Shown here in pieces: positions 1 to 9,773 of a stretch of 64,000 nucleotides of DNA; within the stretch, counting starts at the first letter, position 1; each line of letters begins with the position of its first letter. Origin of the DNA: Bacillota bacterium. GTDB lineage: Bacteria; Bacillota; Sulfobacillia; JAJYWN01. Below the pieces are notes generated by a model, which saw only the letters and a list, made by a program, of their open reading frames with translations, was not told where the DNA came from and made no database searches. The stretch covers positions 16,140-80,139 of the forward strand of contig JAJYWN010000034.1 of the NCBI GenBank assembly GCA_021791495.1. The letters run 5' to 3'. The position numbers and the translations under genes are program-made.

Positions 1-1515
1 GTGATGGCCGGGCGGGACGGGCTGAACGTGAGCTGTGGCCTGATGGACACCACGGTGGGCGCCTACCTCCTGGACCCTACGCGGTCCGGTTACCCCTTGG
101 GGGCCTTGGTGCGGGAGTTCCTGCAGAACGAGCTTCCACCGGCGCCCACCACCGTGAAAGGGGTCGTGGACCCCGAGGCCCTGGCGGCGCATCTGGCGTC
201 CCAGTGCGCCGCCCTTCCGGCCCTGGCGGCGGAGCTGTCGCGGGCGATGGAGGAGAAAGAACTGGCGGGCCTCTACCAGCAGGTGGAGATGCCGCTCCTC
301 CGAGTCCTGGCAGCCATGGAGGTCACCGGGGTAGGCTTGGACCGGGCGCGGTTGGAGGAACTGGGAGACGAGTTCACGCACCGTCTGGAGGACCTGACGG
401 CGGACATCTATAAGCTGGCCGGGTACGAATTCAACATCAACTCCACGCGCCAACTGGCCGAGGTCCTCTACGGTAAGATGCAGCTGCCCATCCTGAAGAA
501 GACGTCCACGGGTGCGCCGTCCACGGATGCGGAGGTGTTGGAGGAACTGGCCCACCGGAGTCCCATCGTTGAGAGAATCCTCGAACACCGGTCACTATCC
601 AAGCTCAAGGGGACTTACATCGAAGGGCTCCGGACGCTGGTTAATTCGCGTACCGGCCGTGTCCATACCAGCTTCAACCAGACGGTCACGGCTACGGGCC
701 GCCTGTCCAGCTCCGACCCGAACCTCCAGAACATCCCCATCCGCGAAGAGGTGGGGCGGCGCATCCGCAGGGTCTTCATTCCGGGGAGGCCGGGTGACCT
801 AATCCTGGCGGCCGACTACTCCCAGATCGAGTTGCGTGTGCTGGCCCATCTTTCGGAGGACCCGGTCCTGTGCGACGCCTTCATGAAAGGGGAGGACATC
901 CACCGCCGCACGGCGGCCGAGGTGTTCGGAGTCCCCTTGGCGGAGGTCTCTCCCCAGATGCGCGACCGCGCCAAGGCCGTCAATTTCGGTATCGTCTATG
1001 GTATCAGCGATTATGGCCTTTCGCGGAACACCGGTGTCGCGCGGGGGGAGGCCAAGCGGTACATCGAGAGCTACTTCGCTCGGTACGCTGGGGTCAAGGC
1101 CTACATGGACGAGACCATCGTACGGGCGCGACGGGTGGGGTACGTCACCACCATCCTGCGGCGGCGCCGGTATCTGCCCGACCTGCATAACCGCAACTTC
1201 AACATCCGTTCCTTCGCGGAGCGGACGGCCATGAATACGCCCATCCAGGGTAGCGCCGCCGACATCATCAAGGTGGCCATGGTGCGACTGGCGCAGAGGC
1301 TGACCGGCGCCGGCCCGACCGGACAGCCGGTCTTCCGCTCACGGATGATCTTGCAGGTGCACGACGAACTCATCTTCGAAGTCCCGCCGGACGAGTTGGC
1401 TGAGGTGGCGGCCATGGTGAAGAAGGAGATGGAGGGCGCCGTCCAGTTCCGCGTTCCGCTCCGGGTCGACTTGAAGGTGGGACCTAACTGGTATGAGGTG
1501 AAACCCCTTGCCTGA
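1..1515 (+). CDS. polA: DNA polymerase I, C-terminal part (5' end outside window)
   Basis: Family A motifs TGRLSSSDPNLQNIP, ADYSQIELR, KAVNFGIVYG, QVHDEL. Confidence 0.98.
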   Translation: MMAGRDGLNVSCGLMDTTVGAYLLDPTRSGYPLGALVREFLQNELPPAPTTVKGVVDPEALAAHLASQCAALPALAAELSRAMEEKELAGLYQQVEMPLLRVLAAMEVTGVGLDRARLEELGDEFTHRLEDLTADIYKLAGYEFNINSTRQLAEVLYGKMQLPILKKTSTGAPSTDAEVLEELAHRSPIVERILEHRSLSKLKGTYIEGLRTLVNSRTGRVHTSFNQTVTATGRLSSSDPNLQNIPIREEVGRRIRRVFIPGRPGDLILAADYSQIELRVLAHLSEDPVLCDAFMKGEDIHRRTAAEVFGVPLAEVSPQMRDRAKAVNFGIVYGISDYGLSRNTGVARGEAKRYIESYFARYAGVKAYMDETIVRARRVGYVTTILRRRRYLPDLHNRNFNIRSFAERTAMNTPIQGSAADIIKVAMVRLAQRLTGAGPTGQPVFRSRMILQVHDELIFEVPPDELAEVAAMVKKEMEGAVQFRVPLRVDLKVGPNWYEVKPLA

Positions 1516-2398
1516 ACTCCCCGAAGTCGAGACTATCCGCCGCAACCTGTTGGACAAGGTCAAGGGCTTGGAGGTCCGGCGAGTCGAGATCCTTTCTCCC
1601 AAGTTCATTGAGCACCCCGGCCCGGAGGAGTTCGCCGTCCGGTTGACGGGCAAAGTCCTGGGCGATATCGAGCGGCATGGTAAATACCTGGTGTTGCGCT
1701 TCGGGGCCGGGGCGGGCGGCGGCGAGCCGGCGAGCGCCACGGAGGAATTGGTGGTCGTCCACTTGAAAATGGCCGGCCGCCTCATCGCTTGCCGGCGGAG
1801 TGAGCCTGTCGTCAAGCACACCCACGTCATCTTCCATCTGGACGGGGGGTGGGACCTCCGCTACATTGACTTGCGGCACTTCGGGCGTCTGGCTATCCTG
1901 GCAGGCGGGGAGAGCCCGGTGGTGACGCCCGCCCCAAGCCGCCGGCTGGAGAAGGGCCTGAAGGCCCTTGGGATCGAGCCCCTGTCCCCTGAGTTCACAG
2001 CCGAGTGGCTGGCGGGATACTTGGCACGGCGCGGCGGGCGTATCAAAGCCGTCCTCCTGGACCAACACGTCGTTGCCGGCCTGGGCAACATCTACGTGGA
2101 TGAAGCCCTTTTCGAGGCGGGCATCCACCCTGAGAGAAGAGCCTCGTCGCTATCGGCCGCCGAGGCGGCGGCGCTGCACCAGGCCATCAAGGTCATCCTC
2201 AGGCATGCCATCGACTTCCGCGGCACCACCATCCTCACCTATGTCGATGGGGAAGGCCGGCGCGGTGAGTTCGCCGCCAAGCTCAAGGTCTATCGGAAAC
2301 ACGGCCAGCCGTGCCCGCGCTGCGGCACCACTATCGAACGGGCTATCGTGGCCGGCCGGGGGACTCACTTCTGCCCCCGGTGCCAGGCGCGCCGGTAA
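1508..2398 (+). CDS. mutM: Formamidopyrimidine-DNA glycosylase
   Basis: N-terminal PELPEVE, GLGNIYVDE H2TH motif, C-terminal CPRC..CPRC zinc finger; overlaps polA stop. Confidence 0.97.
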   Translation: MPELPEVETIRRNLLDKVKGLEVRRVEILSPKFIEHPGPEEFAVRLTGKVLGDIERHGKYLVLRFGAGAGGGEPASATEELVVVHLKMAGRLIACRRSEPVVKHTHVIFHLDGGWDLRYIDLRHFGRLAILAGGESPVVTPAPSRRLEKGLKALGIEPLSPEFTAEWLAGYLARRGGRIKAVLLDQHVVAGLGNIYVDEALFEAGIHPERRASSLSAAEAAALHQAIKVILRHAIDFRGTTILTYVDGEGRRGEFAAKLKVYRKHGQPCPRCGTTIERAIVAGRGTHFCPRCQARR

Positions 2399-2467
2399 GA
2401 GAGGCGTTTCTGTCGGCCCGTCTTATGTCACGTGTCGAACGGATGTTTGCCCACAAACCCGAAAACC

Positions 2468-2478
2468 TGTGGTACAAT
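2468..2478 (+). promoter_or_regulatory. Putative extended -10 promoter
   Basis: TGTGGTACAAT, ~195 nt upstream of the 66-aa ORF. Confidence 0.5.
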
Positions 2479-2487
2479 AAGGAAAAT

Positions 2488-2642
2488 GGGACACGCCCCA
2501 TGCTTCCAGCCACCCCACATCGCCGGACCGGGGACCGGTTAGGGGTGGCGAATTATGACAACTCGCCCCCGGGCCGGTTGTGGCCGGATTGATAGCCGGC
2601 CGGTTGACGGAGTCTTAAGGGAGCAGCGAAAGGGCGACGTCC
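2488..2642 (+). ncRNA. Candidate structured 5' leader or ncRNA (family unknown)
   Basis: Nested complementarity GGAC-A-CGCCC/GGGCG-AC-GTCC, TGCTTCC/GGGAGCA, GCCACCCC/GGGGTGGC. Confidence 0.4.
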
Positions 2643-2674
2643 GATTGAGTTAGGCGCGCGGGAGGTAGCAGAGT

Positions 2675-2875
2675 TTGCAGACGATCACTCTTGAATTCGA
2701 AAACGAGAAGGAAGTGCGCGACGAAGCGGAGCGTCTTTGGCGGAAAGTGGGCATCACCGGGGAAATGGGCATCCGGCCCGTGGGTAACGGCCACTGGCGC
2801 CTGGAACTGAACTCAGAGCGCGAACTGAAGCCAAACGTGGTGGAGAAGCTTAAGGGAAAAATCATCGAAGACTGA
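2675..2875 (+). CDS. Small hypothetical protein (66 aa)
   Basis: GGGAGG RBS, TTG start, globular-looking sequence, followed by a terminator. Confidence 0.75.
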   Translation: MQTITLEFENEKEVRDEAERLWRKVGITGEMGIRPVGNGHWRLELNSERELKPNVVEKLKGKIIED

Positions 2876-2917
2876 AGGGGCGCCCAGGCAGGTTTTGGTG
2901 CATCTCCCGACCAGGGC

Positions 2918-2949
2918 GAAAAGACCCACAGGGGTCTTTTTCTCTTTTC
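2918..2949 (+). terminator. Intrinsic terminator
   Basis: AAAGACCC-ACAG-GGGTCTTT followed by a T-rich tract. Confidence 0.65.
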
Positions 2950-3111
2950 GGAGGACGTCTGGCTCACTGCCGCTGGTGGCAGAGGAAGGCTTCGACGACG
3001 GCAGGATTTAGCCTTGATTGAAGTTAACGATAGACCAGCCGAAACAGTAGTCAATTCCGGGCGCTAGTGCGTGCCAGGTGACCGCCCGAGCGAAAGGAGA
3101 GCTAAGGGAGA

Positions 3112-3720
3112 GTGTCCCCGGTAATCGGGCTGACCGGCGGGATCGCCTCCGGTAAGACCACCGTGGCGGAGATTCTCAGGGAGCTTGGCGCGCGCATCAT
3201 CGACGCCGATCTCGTCTCCCGGGAAGTGGTCGCCGTGGGCGAGCCGGCGTGGCGGGAGATCATCGACGCCTTCGGTCCGGCGGTCCTCAACTCCGACCGC
3301 ACCATCAACCGGCGACGCCTCGGGGACATGGTCTTTGGCCGCCCCGCGGCCCTGTCCCGTCTGAACTCCATTGTTCACCCGCGCGTCCTGGAACGCGTCG
3401 CCGGGGATATCGCATCGTACCGCAAACGGCCGGACGCGCCGGCCTTGGTGTTGGTGGTCCCCCTGCTCATTGAATCGGGTATGTGTGATATGGTGGATGA
3501 AGTGTGGCTGGTCACCCTTGAGCAAGAGGAACAGGTAGAACGTCTTATGAAGCGGGACCGGTTCACCCTTGAACAGGCCACCAACCGCCTGACCGCGCAG
3601 ATGCCACAGGCGGAGAAACGGAAGTACGCCGACCGGCTCATCGATAATTCCCGCAGCTTCGACTACACAAAGAAACAGGTGGAACAGCTCTGGAGCATGG
3701 TCACCGGGTCCACAACATAG
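3112..3720 (+). CDS. coaE: Dephospho-CoA kinase
   Basis: IGLTGGIASGKT P-loop, IDAD, vHP, vPLLiE; polA-mutM-coaE synteny. Confidence 0.97.
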   Translation: MSPVIGLTGGIASGKTTVAEILRELGARIIDADLVSREVVAVGEPAWREIIDAFGPAVLNSDRTINRRRLGDMVFGRPAALSRLNSIVHPRVLERVAGDIASYRKRPDAPALVLVVPLLIESGMCDMVDEVWLVTLEQEEQVERLMKRDRFTLEQATNRLTAQMPQAEKRKYADRLIDNSRSFDYTKKQVEQLWSMVTGSTT

Positions 3721-3778
3721 ACTTACCCACGTGTTCACACTCGACCAGACACCCAATTGACCCGGCGGGGAAGCGGCC

Positions 3779-4330
3779 GTGAGGAGATTCCTGCTCTTTC
3801 TTGGGCTCTTCTTGGTGGCGATGTTTGCCGTATTGGAGTCCAAGGTCGTCTGGCGCTGGGCTTATCCCCTGAAGTACCGGGAACTCATTTTCGCCGAGGC
3901 GAGAAGCCAGGGCGTCGACCCCTTCTTGGTCGCCGCCGTCATCCGCGTCGAGAGCGATTTCCGTGAGGGCGCGGTTTCGCCGAGGGGTGCGCGCGGATTG
4001 ATGCAGCTCATTCCTTCGACGGGTCAGTGGATCGCCGAAAAAACCGGCATGCGCGGGTTCACCCCGGAGCAACTGGAAGACCCCGCCACCAACATCAAGA
4101 TGGGTACGTGGTACCTGCGTTATCTTTCGGACGAGTTCGAGGGGAACATGGCCAAGACGCTGGCAGCCTACAACGCCGGGCGCTCGTATGTGAAGGACTG
4201 GGTCGCCACAGGCAAGTGGTCCGGCTCGCTGTCGGAAGTCGGGTCCATCCCCTTCGCCGAGACCCGCGACTTCGTGCGGCTGGTATATCATTCGTGGGGA
4301 CGCTACCGGTGGGTGTACGGGACACGTTAG
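3779..4330 (+). CDS. Lytic transglycosylase (SLT domain) with N-terminal anchor
   Basis: VES..F, GARGLMQL, AAYNAG, ETRDFV motifs. Confidence 0.93.
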   Translation: MRRFLLFLGLFLVAMFAVLESKVVWRWAYPLKYRELIFAEARSQGVDPFLVAAVIRVESDFREGAVSPRGARGLMQLIPSTGQWIAEKTGMRGFTPEQLEDPATNIKMGTWYLRYLSDEFEGNMAKTLAAYNAGRSYVKDWVATGKWSGSLSEVGSIPFAETRDFVRLVYHSWGRYRWVYGTR

Positions 4331-4423
4331 GCATCGAGCACGAGATTGGCGGCGTCAAGATTAGCGGCGTCAAGCAGTTGAAAGACGCATCGAGCATGTG
4401 CTAATATAAGTGATGCACGATTC

Positions 4424-4507
4424 GCGGAAGTGGTGGAACTGGCAGACACGCGGTGTTCAGGGCGCCGTAGGCGAACGCCTGTAAGGGTTCAAATCCCTTC
4501 TTCCGCA
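4424..4507 (+). tRNA. tRNA-Leu(CAG)
   Basis: GCGGAAG/CTTCCGC acceptor stem, anticodon loop TTCAGGG, long variable arm, GGTTCAAATCC T-arm; CCA not fully encoded. Confidence 0.95.
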
Positions 4508-4569
4508 CCGAAAGCCTCCTCCTGTTATCAGGCGGGGGCTTCTGATTTTCCGGAAACAAAAGCAGACCG

Positions 4570-5386
4570 TTGGTCGTCTCAAGTTTTGTTGTCGGATTTG
4601 TAGCCGATTTGCAGACTCAGCAGTCAAAGGCGAGCGGTAGGCTGATCGCGGATATGAAAACTGTTGCTCATGGGCATCGACCAACGGCTGGGCGACAAGG
4701 GCCGGCCCGACACGATCATGCTGGTGTCCCTGGGGCGAGACGGGAAAGCGGTGGTTCTATCGATACCCCGTGACACCTTGGTCGAGATTCCGGGCCACGG
4801 TGATGACAAGGTGAACCACTCCTACACGTACGGGGGAGCAAGCCTGACGATGGAGACCGTCAGCCGGTTCCTAGGGGTCCGTATCGACGGGTATGCCCTG
4901 GCCGATCTCGATGGCTTTGCCCAGATCGTGGACGCCCTGGGCGGCCTGACTATCGACGTCGAGAAACGCATGTACTATGACGATTCCACCCAGAATCTGC
5001 ACATTGATCTCCAGCCGGGTGTCCAGAAGCTCGATGGTCAGCAGGCATTGAACTACGTCCGCTTCCGCGACGACGGATTGGGCGATATCGGGCGCGTGGC
5101 CAGGGAGCAGAAGTTCGTAGCCGCAGTGGTGAGAGAATGTCTGGCCCCGGCGAATCTGCTGCGGTTGCCGGGAGTCATCAGGCAGGCCTATCAGTCGGTG
5201 GAGACCGATCTGCCGCTGACGCAGGCGCTGGGTCTGGTGCAAGCGGTGGCCAAGCTCTCGCCGGACGAAGTGGAATTGAAAGTCCTGCCGGGCAAGGGCG
5301 AGTACCTGAACGGCGTCAGCTACTATGTGCCGGATGACCTCGATGCCCTGAAAGCCGATCTGCGCGTAGCCGGCGTGGTAGACTAG
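4570..5386 (+). CDS. LCP (LytR-CpsA-Psr) family protein; N-terminal part frameshifted at an A4 run (~4657)
   Basis: LMGID, RPDTIML, SIPRD, KVNHSY, YVRFR..D.GR motifs in 4664-5386; hydrophobic N-terminal segment lies in another frame. Confidence 0.88.
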
Positions 5387-5505
5387 AGAAAACCGCCGGT
5401 TTGAACCAAACGATCCCAAACGATCGGTTCGACTTGGCGAATGAACATCGCTTATGCTATCATATAGTGCGTAATCGGCTGGTCGATCCATTGACCACCG
5501 TTCTC

Positions 5506-5588
5506 GTCCGGGTGGCGGAACTGGCAGACGCGTACGTTTGAGGGGCGTATGGGCAACCGTGGGGGTTCAAGTCCCCCCCCGGACACCA
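5506..5588 (+). tRNA. tRNA-Leu(GAG)
   Basis: GTCCGGG/CCCGGAC acceptor stem, anticodon loop TTGAGGG, GGTTCAAGTCC T-arm, encoded CCA. Confidence 0.96.
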
Positions 5589-5601
5589 AAGATTCAGACT
5601 A

Positions 5602-5644
5602 CGAGGCCAGGGTCGAAATAGACCCTGGCCTCGCACTTTCTTTG
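5602..5644 (+). terminator. Hairpin terminator after tRNA
   Basis: CGAGGCCAGGGTC-GAAATA-GACCCTGGCCTCG followed by a T-rich tract. Confidence 0.65.
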
Positions 5645-5819
5645 GGCCGGAGTTCATCATTGCAGAGAAAGACTTCGGCTTATGGACAAGAGTCTTGTTT
5701 GAAAAGGTCGAAGCGGTTCTCGATACAGTAGTTGGTATCGTCAGAATCCGGATAGCATAGGGCTTAGTAGAAAACTGGCTGGAACCTATGGACAAGCAAT
5801 CCGGGGGTGTATTAGTCTA

Positions 5820-6017
5820 ATGGCTAGGAGAGGGGGTAGAGTTGAAGTGACCGAGATAATGTCCGAAATCCGCAAGCTCCAACTCTCGCCCCGTCTGCTT
5901 CAGGACCTCGGCCTTGACAAGGATTGGAACAAGAGAGTGTCGCCCAAGTTCGTCGAAGAGGTCTTGCACGTAACTGAGAAGTATAAAGAGGCCATCAAGG
6001 CGCTGGCTGAGCGGTAG
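5820..6017 (+). CDS. Putative antitoxin partner of the Doc-like gene
   Basis: Small ORF overlapping the Doc-like start; C-terminal EKYKEAIKALAE helix resembles Doc-associated antitoxins. Confidence 0.6.
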   Translation: MARRGGRVEVTEIMSEIRKLQLSPRLLQDLGLDKDWNKRVSPKFVEEVLHVTEKYKEAIKALAER

Positions 6018-6427
6018 TGGCGAGAGTAAGACGTGTAACCCCTGTTGCGGCGATCATCATTCACGATGTGATTTTGGATAAGTACTTACCCGACGAAACC
6101 ACAAGCGGTGTCATGAGAGGGGTCAGAGACTCCTCTCTTCTTATTTCTGCGATTGAAAGCCCTTTTCAAACCTGGGGTGGAAAGGATCTTCACTCAGACG
6201 TTTTGGATCAGGCAGCTGCACTCCTGAGGTCTATCATTAAGCTGGCTTTGGAGATCGCCAGGGGGCACGGTGATGCTACTTCGATATCGCGGATCAAGCG
6301 CCATCTCCGCAAATACGTTAAGCAGGCAAAGCCGCAGGCGAGAGGCATACTGGAGCGGTTCATTCCAGCCGATTTGGCAGAGTGGCTGGCCAGAGACGTA
6401 GCTACGAAACTCATCAATGCCAGATAG
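6017..6427 (+). pseudogene. Doc/Fic-family toxin lacking the catalytic HPFxDGNKR segment
   Basis: Doc-type N-terminus (IHD..., GVRD..LL.SA...PFQT.GG.DL, AAALL.SIIK) joined directly to LALEIARG. Confidence 0.7.
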
Positions 6428-6550
6428 TACGTTTCCGCATTCTGCGCCCACGCTCTCTTGACCTAACGTGCACCGACGATGTCTATGAATATGAGCTGAT
6501 TCTCGTCCTTCACCTTGCCTCTGGTGAAAGCAGCAAAAGGAGGAGGCCCA

Positions 6551-7708
6551 GTGCAAAGAAAGGTACTCGTCCTTGGCGTTCTCCACGATGGTCATGCAAC
6601 TTGTGAGGGCTACACGTATTGGCACCTACTCAAGCTGTTGGATGCTTACTGGCCGGACCTGGTCTGTCTAGAAGTAAGCCCAAGACGGCTGGCTCTAGGC
6701 GATTTTCGCTGCGACTCACCGGAGAAGTGGGGAATTGCCCTTCCGTGGGCGAAGGAGCGTAGCATCGCAGTGGCAGGCGTCGACATGAATGGTGAGGAGC
6801 CCTCAGAAAGAGCACGGCGCTATAGAGAAGCCTTGCACGAGTTCGAACAGGCGGCTAACATTGTAGAGACTCTGGCTGGTCTCGAGACCGCTGTGAATAG
6901 AGTTCTAGCGGACGCCGGGGGTGTAGGGACACTCCTCGCGACTTATGAGGCAGCTAATAGCCAGCGGACTCAGGAAGTGTTCCGCCAGACGCACAACCTC
7001 AACGAGGCCACTTTGGGACACTTTGGTGATGGGATTCTGACGGGGAATTGGGTGAAGCGGAATCGGCGAATGTTCGAACTAACCCTAGAGGCTATGAACA
7101 ATCAGCAAGCCAAGAGGGCTGTCGTCGTAGTCGGTGTAGAGCACAAGTACGCCCTGGATGACATGTTTGCCACGCTGTCTGGGTCCGATGTTGTCCAGCT
7201 GACCGACTTCCTCACCTCACCACTGGTCCTAACTGCCGAGGAACAAGGAGCCTTTTGGCGCGGGGAATCCCCCATTGTCTATCCATCAGACCTAATGTTC
7301 ATACACCGCAGACTCCATGGGGGCGAACCTGGTGCATACTCCCAGGTCATCCCCACAAATTCGGAGGTGGTAGATCTTGACGGTGTCTGGGAACGGATAG
7401 AGAACGGGCTGAAGAAGAGTCCAGATGCCCCGGACCTGCTGTACTATCGAGGACTGTACCGATACTGCCGGGGGCAATGCGAAGTGGCAGCACAGGATTT
7501 TGAGGTGGTGTCTCTGGACAGAGGTCACAAGGTTGGTTTGACAATTCCATTATGGGAGCTGGCCGAACTACGGCGTGGTCAGATGCTTGACCTCCTAGGG
7601 AAACGGCCCGCAGCTATCAACTGCTACATGCGAGTCATTGACGATGGTTCGGGCTCTCTTGAGAGCCAAGCCAACCACTTCATCTCTGAACCCTTCGCCC
7701 GCTCATAG
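6551..7708 (+). CDS. Hypothetical protein: TraB/ChaN/erythromycin-esterase-like N-terminal domain plus C-terminal TPR
   Basis: AGGAGG RBS and GTG start; LGVLH, PDLVCLE, RN..M, VVVVGVEH pattern; TPR-like helices at the end. Confidence 0.6.
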   Translation: MQRKVLVLGVLHDGHATCEGYTYWHLLKLLDAYWPDLVCLEVSPRRLALGDFRCDSPEKWGIALPWAKERSIAVAGVDMNGEEPSERARRYREALHEFEQAANIVETLAGLETAVNRVLADAGGVGTLLATYEAANSQRTQEVFRQTHNLNEATLGHFGDGILTGNWVKRNRRMFELTLEAMNNQQAKRAVVVVGVEHKYALDDMFATLSGSDVVQLTDFLTSPLVLTAEEQGAFWRGESPIVYPSDLMFIHRRLHGGEPGAYSQVIPTNSEVVDLDGVWERIENGLKKSPDAPDLLYYRGLYRYCRGQCEVAAQDFEVVSLDRGHKVGLTIPLWELAELRRGQMLDLLGKRPAAINCYMRVIDDGSGSLESQANHFISEPFARS

Positions 7709-8020
7709 ACTGACCACCCATGTCTTTGGCGGAGAGGTTTCTGCAACACCCTGTACTAGCAGTTTCATCGGGCTGTTGGGAACCCGGGAAGTTACGCGAT
7801 CGGGAGTCTCGATATTGGTGCAAAGTACGGGTGTTGGCCCCCGGACACGGGCATAGGAAGGGATCAAGGTCATAAGCCTTGGTCCCTTCTTCGTCTATCT
7901 CAAAGGCAACAAGCCTGTGATCGAAGCTAGACTTCGGCAACGAGTGGATGTCCGGGGGAAGGTTTCGGCTCACGTGAGGCAGTTCCTTCCAGCCGGGGCT
8001 CAGAGCCTGGAGGGATAAGC

Positions 8021-8866
8021 ATGGCAGGTGAGAACCTCTGGCGGTATGGAGATCCACTATTGGAGGGGGCGGTGGGAACGCGGATAGCCCTGATCTCAAG
8101 TGAGATAGGCCTTAACCGGTCGGCGAACCTGGCAAGAGTTCTGGACGGGGTAGACCGGGCCGCAGAGGCCGGGGCCAGTCTAGTTCTGTTTCCTGAAGCG
8201 GCCTCAGGCCTGACAAACAATGATCACCCGCCCCACGACCTCCTCCTTGGCGAGCCGATTCCTGGCCCAGTTACGGAGCGCATCGCCGCGGAGGCCGCCA
8301 GACTGAACGTGTTTGTCGGGTTGGGCTTGCTCGAACGGGAGGGCGAAAGAGGAAAGGGGCGGCTGTATGACTCGGCCGTGCTCTTCGACTCAAAGGGGAG
8401 AATCTGCCTGAAGTACCGGCGGGTCTCCACTGGTTGGCACGGTCGGCGGGCAGACCCTGACGTGTATCGACAAGGCAGCGACATCCCACATGCTGATACA
8501 AGTCTAGGCAGAATCGCCTTCCTGGTTTGCGGAGACCTCTTCGACGAAGACGTTGTGCGCAGGGTCCGTTTGCTGGAGGCTGACCTTCTGCTTTTCCCGT
8601 TCGCCCGTTGCTTTGGTTCCGAGGTGAACGCACCAGAGGAGTGGGAGAGAGTAGAGAAGAATGCCTATGCGGCACGGGCGGCGGCAGCGAACACCTCCAC
8701 GCTAATGGTGAATTATGTGGGTACTCCAGAGATCAATGACACGAGCTTCGGCGGGGCACTGGCGGTTGGCCCTGACGGACAGATACTTGCTTCGCTTCCG
8801 GTCGGCAGTCCGGGCATGTTACTGGTCGACCTTGATCTAAACGTGAGGCATGCGCTCCCCGAGTAA
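8021..8866 (+). CDS. Carbon-nitrogen hydrolase (nitrilase superfamily)
   Basis: LFPE, LYDSAVL, KYRR, FLVCGD motifs. Confidence 0.88.
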   Translation: MAGENLWRYGDPLLEGAVGTRIALISSEIGLNRSANLARVLDGVDRAAEAGASLVLFPEAASGLTNNDHPPHDLLLGEPIPGPVTERIAAEAARLNVFVGLGLLEREGERGKGRLYDSAVLFDSKGRICLKYRRVSTGWHGRRADPDVYRQGSDIPHADTSLGRIAFLVCGDLFDEDVVRRVRLLEADLLLFPFARCFGSEVNAPEEWERVEKNAYAARAAAANTSTLMVNYVGTPEINDTSFGGALAVGPDGQILASLPVGSPGMLLVDLDLNVRHALPE

Positions 8867-9034
8867 CCTGCGCAGGACAGTATAGGTGGCCACAATGATG
8901 AGAAACGTGAGCCCTGGCGATACACGTGCCAGATCGGGTGCAACCCCTAACATCCACAGAACCTGATGGACAAGCCAAGGGACGGCAAAGTAGAAGCCAA
9001 AGAATGTTCCCACAAGGATGAGGAATGACTTCAT
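8837..9034 (-). CDS. Small membrane protein (65 aa, 2 TM)
   Basis: AGGAGGG RBS before ATG 9034; two hydrophobic segments. Confidence 0.6.
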   Translation of the reverse strand: MKSFLILVGTFFGFYFAVPWLVHQVLWMLGVAPDLARVSPGLTFLIIVATYTVLRRLLGERMPHV

Positions 9035-9377
9035 CCGAATCCCTCCTGTTCCCATTGTACTCTCCCAGGGCGGTCGTGCCCAACGAAACTGCTTGTTTCC
9101 AGTCATTCGCCACAATACAGACAGCTCTAAAGGTAGCGTCAGCACGAGGAAAGGGCAAGCGCCATACTCGAAATGGAGATTGGGACCTCATGATAACCCC
9201 TACTCGGGCGCTGTGCCAGCAGTAGTCCCGCTTCTGGGAGGTCTCGAGTTTCTTCTGGCCGCCGACGGCATCGCTCAGGAAGGACTACACTTCCACGCCG
9301 ACGGTTTCGACCTGACCGTTAATGGCGGAAAGCTTACTAAGGAGAAGCAAGCGGTCATCATATCCATGTAGAAAGAC

Positions 9378-9773
9378 CTAGCGGATAAGCTGCACCTCAA
9401 CGCCCGGCAACGCTGGCCAGGTCCTATCGGCTGTCAACGCGGGTACGGCCAGAGTCTTGGCCAAGGCCATACAGGCCCGGTCACCGAGAGATAGCCCCGC
9501 CTCTCTTGTGGCGGCCCGCAGGGACGCGGTCTCTCGTGCTAGTACTGCGTCGAAGGCGACTATCTCCAGGGCGTCCATGATACCCTGGCTGGTCATGGCT
9601 TCTAGAGCCTGATCTACCCCGAGGCCGCGGTCTTCGAGCTTGGATAACACTTCGCATTGATTCACCGCGCAGACAAACACGCCGGAAGAGAGTGCCTCAG
9701 CCACTCTATCCGAGCCGGGCTCGTCAAGAAGGTAAGCTAGCAACGCCGATGCATCAAGAACGACCTTATTCAC
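9378..9773 (-). CDS. vapC: VapC PIN-domain toxin
   Basis: VLDASALLA, E, LSLGDR, LTADR PIN motifs. Confidence 0.93.
   Translation of the reverse strand: MNKVVLDASALLAYLLDEPGSDRVAEALSSGVFVCAVNQCEVLSKLEDRGLGVDQALEAMTSQGIMDALEIVAFDAVLARETASLRAATREAGLSLGDRACMALAKTLAVPALTADRTWPALPGVEVQLIR

Noticed and set aside
4331-4398. Short direct repeats GCATCGAGCA x2 and GCGGCGTCAAG x2 before tRNA-Leu(CAG)
   Set aside because: Only two copies each with no array structure; function cannot be supported.
7700-8020. Minus-strand 139-aa ORF between the TPR protein and the nitrilase
   Set aside because: Overlaps both neighbours and has no recognisable family signal.
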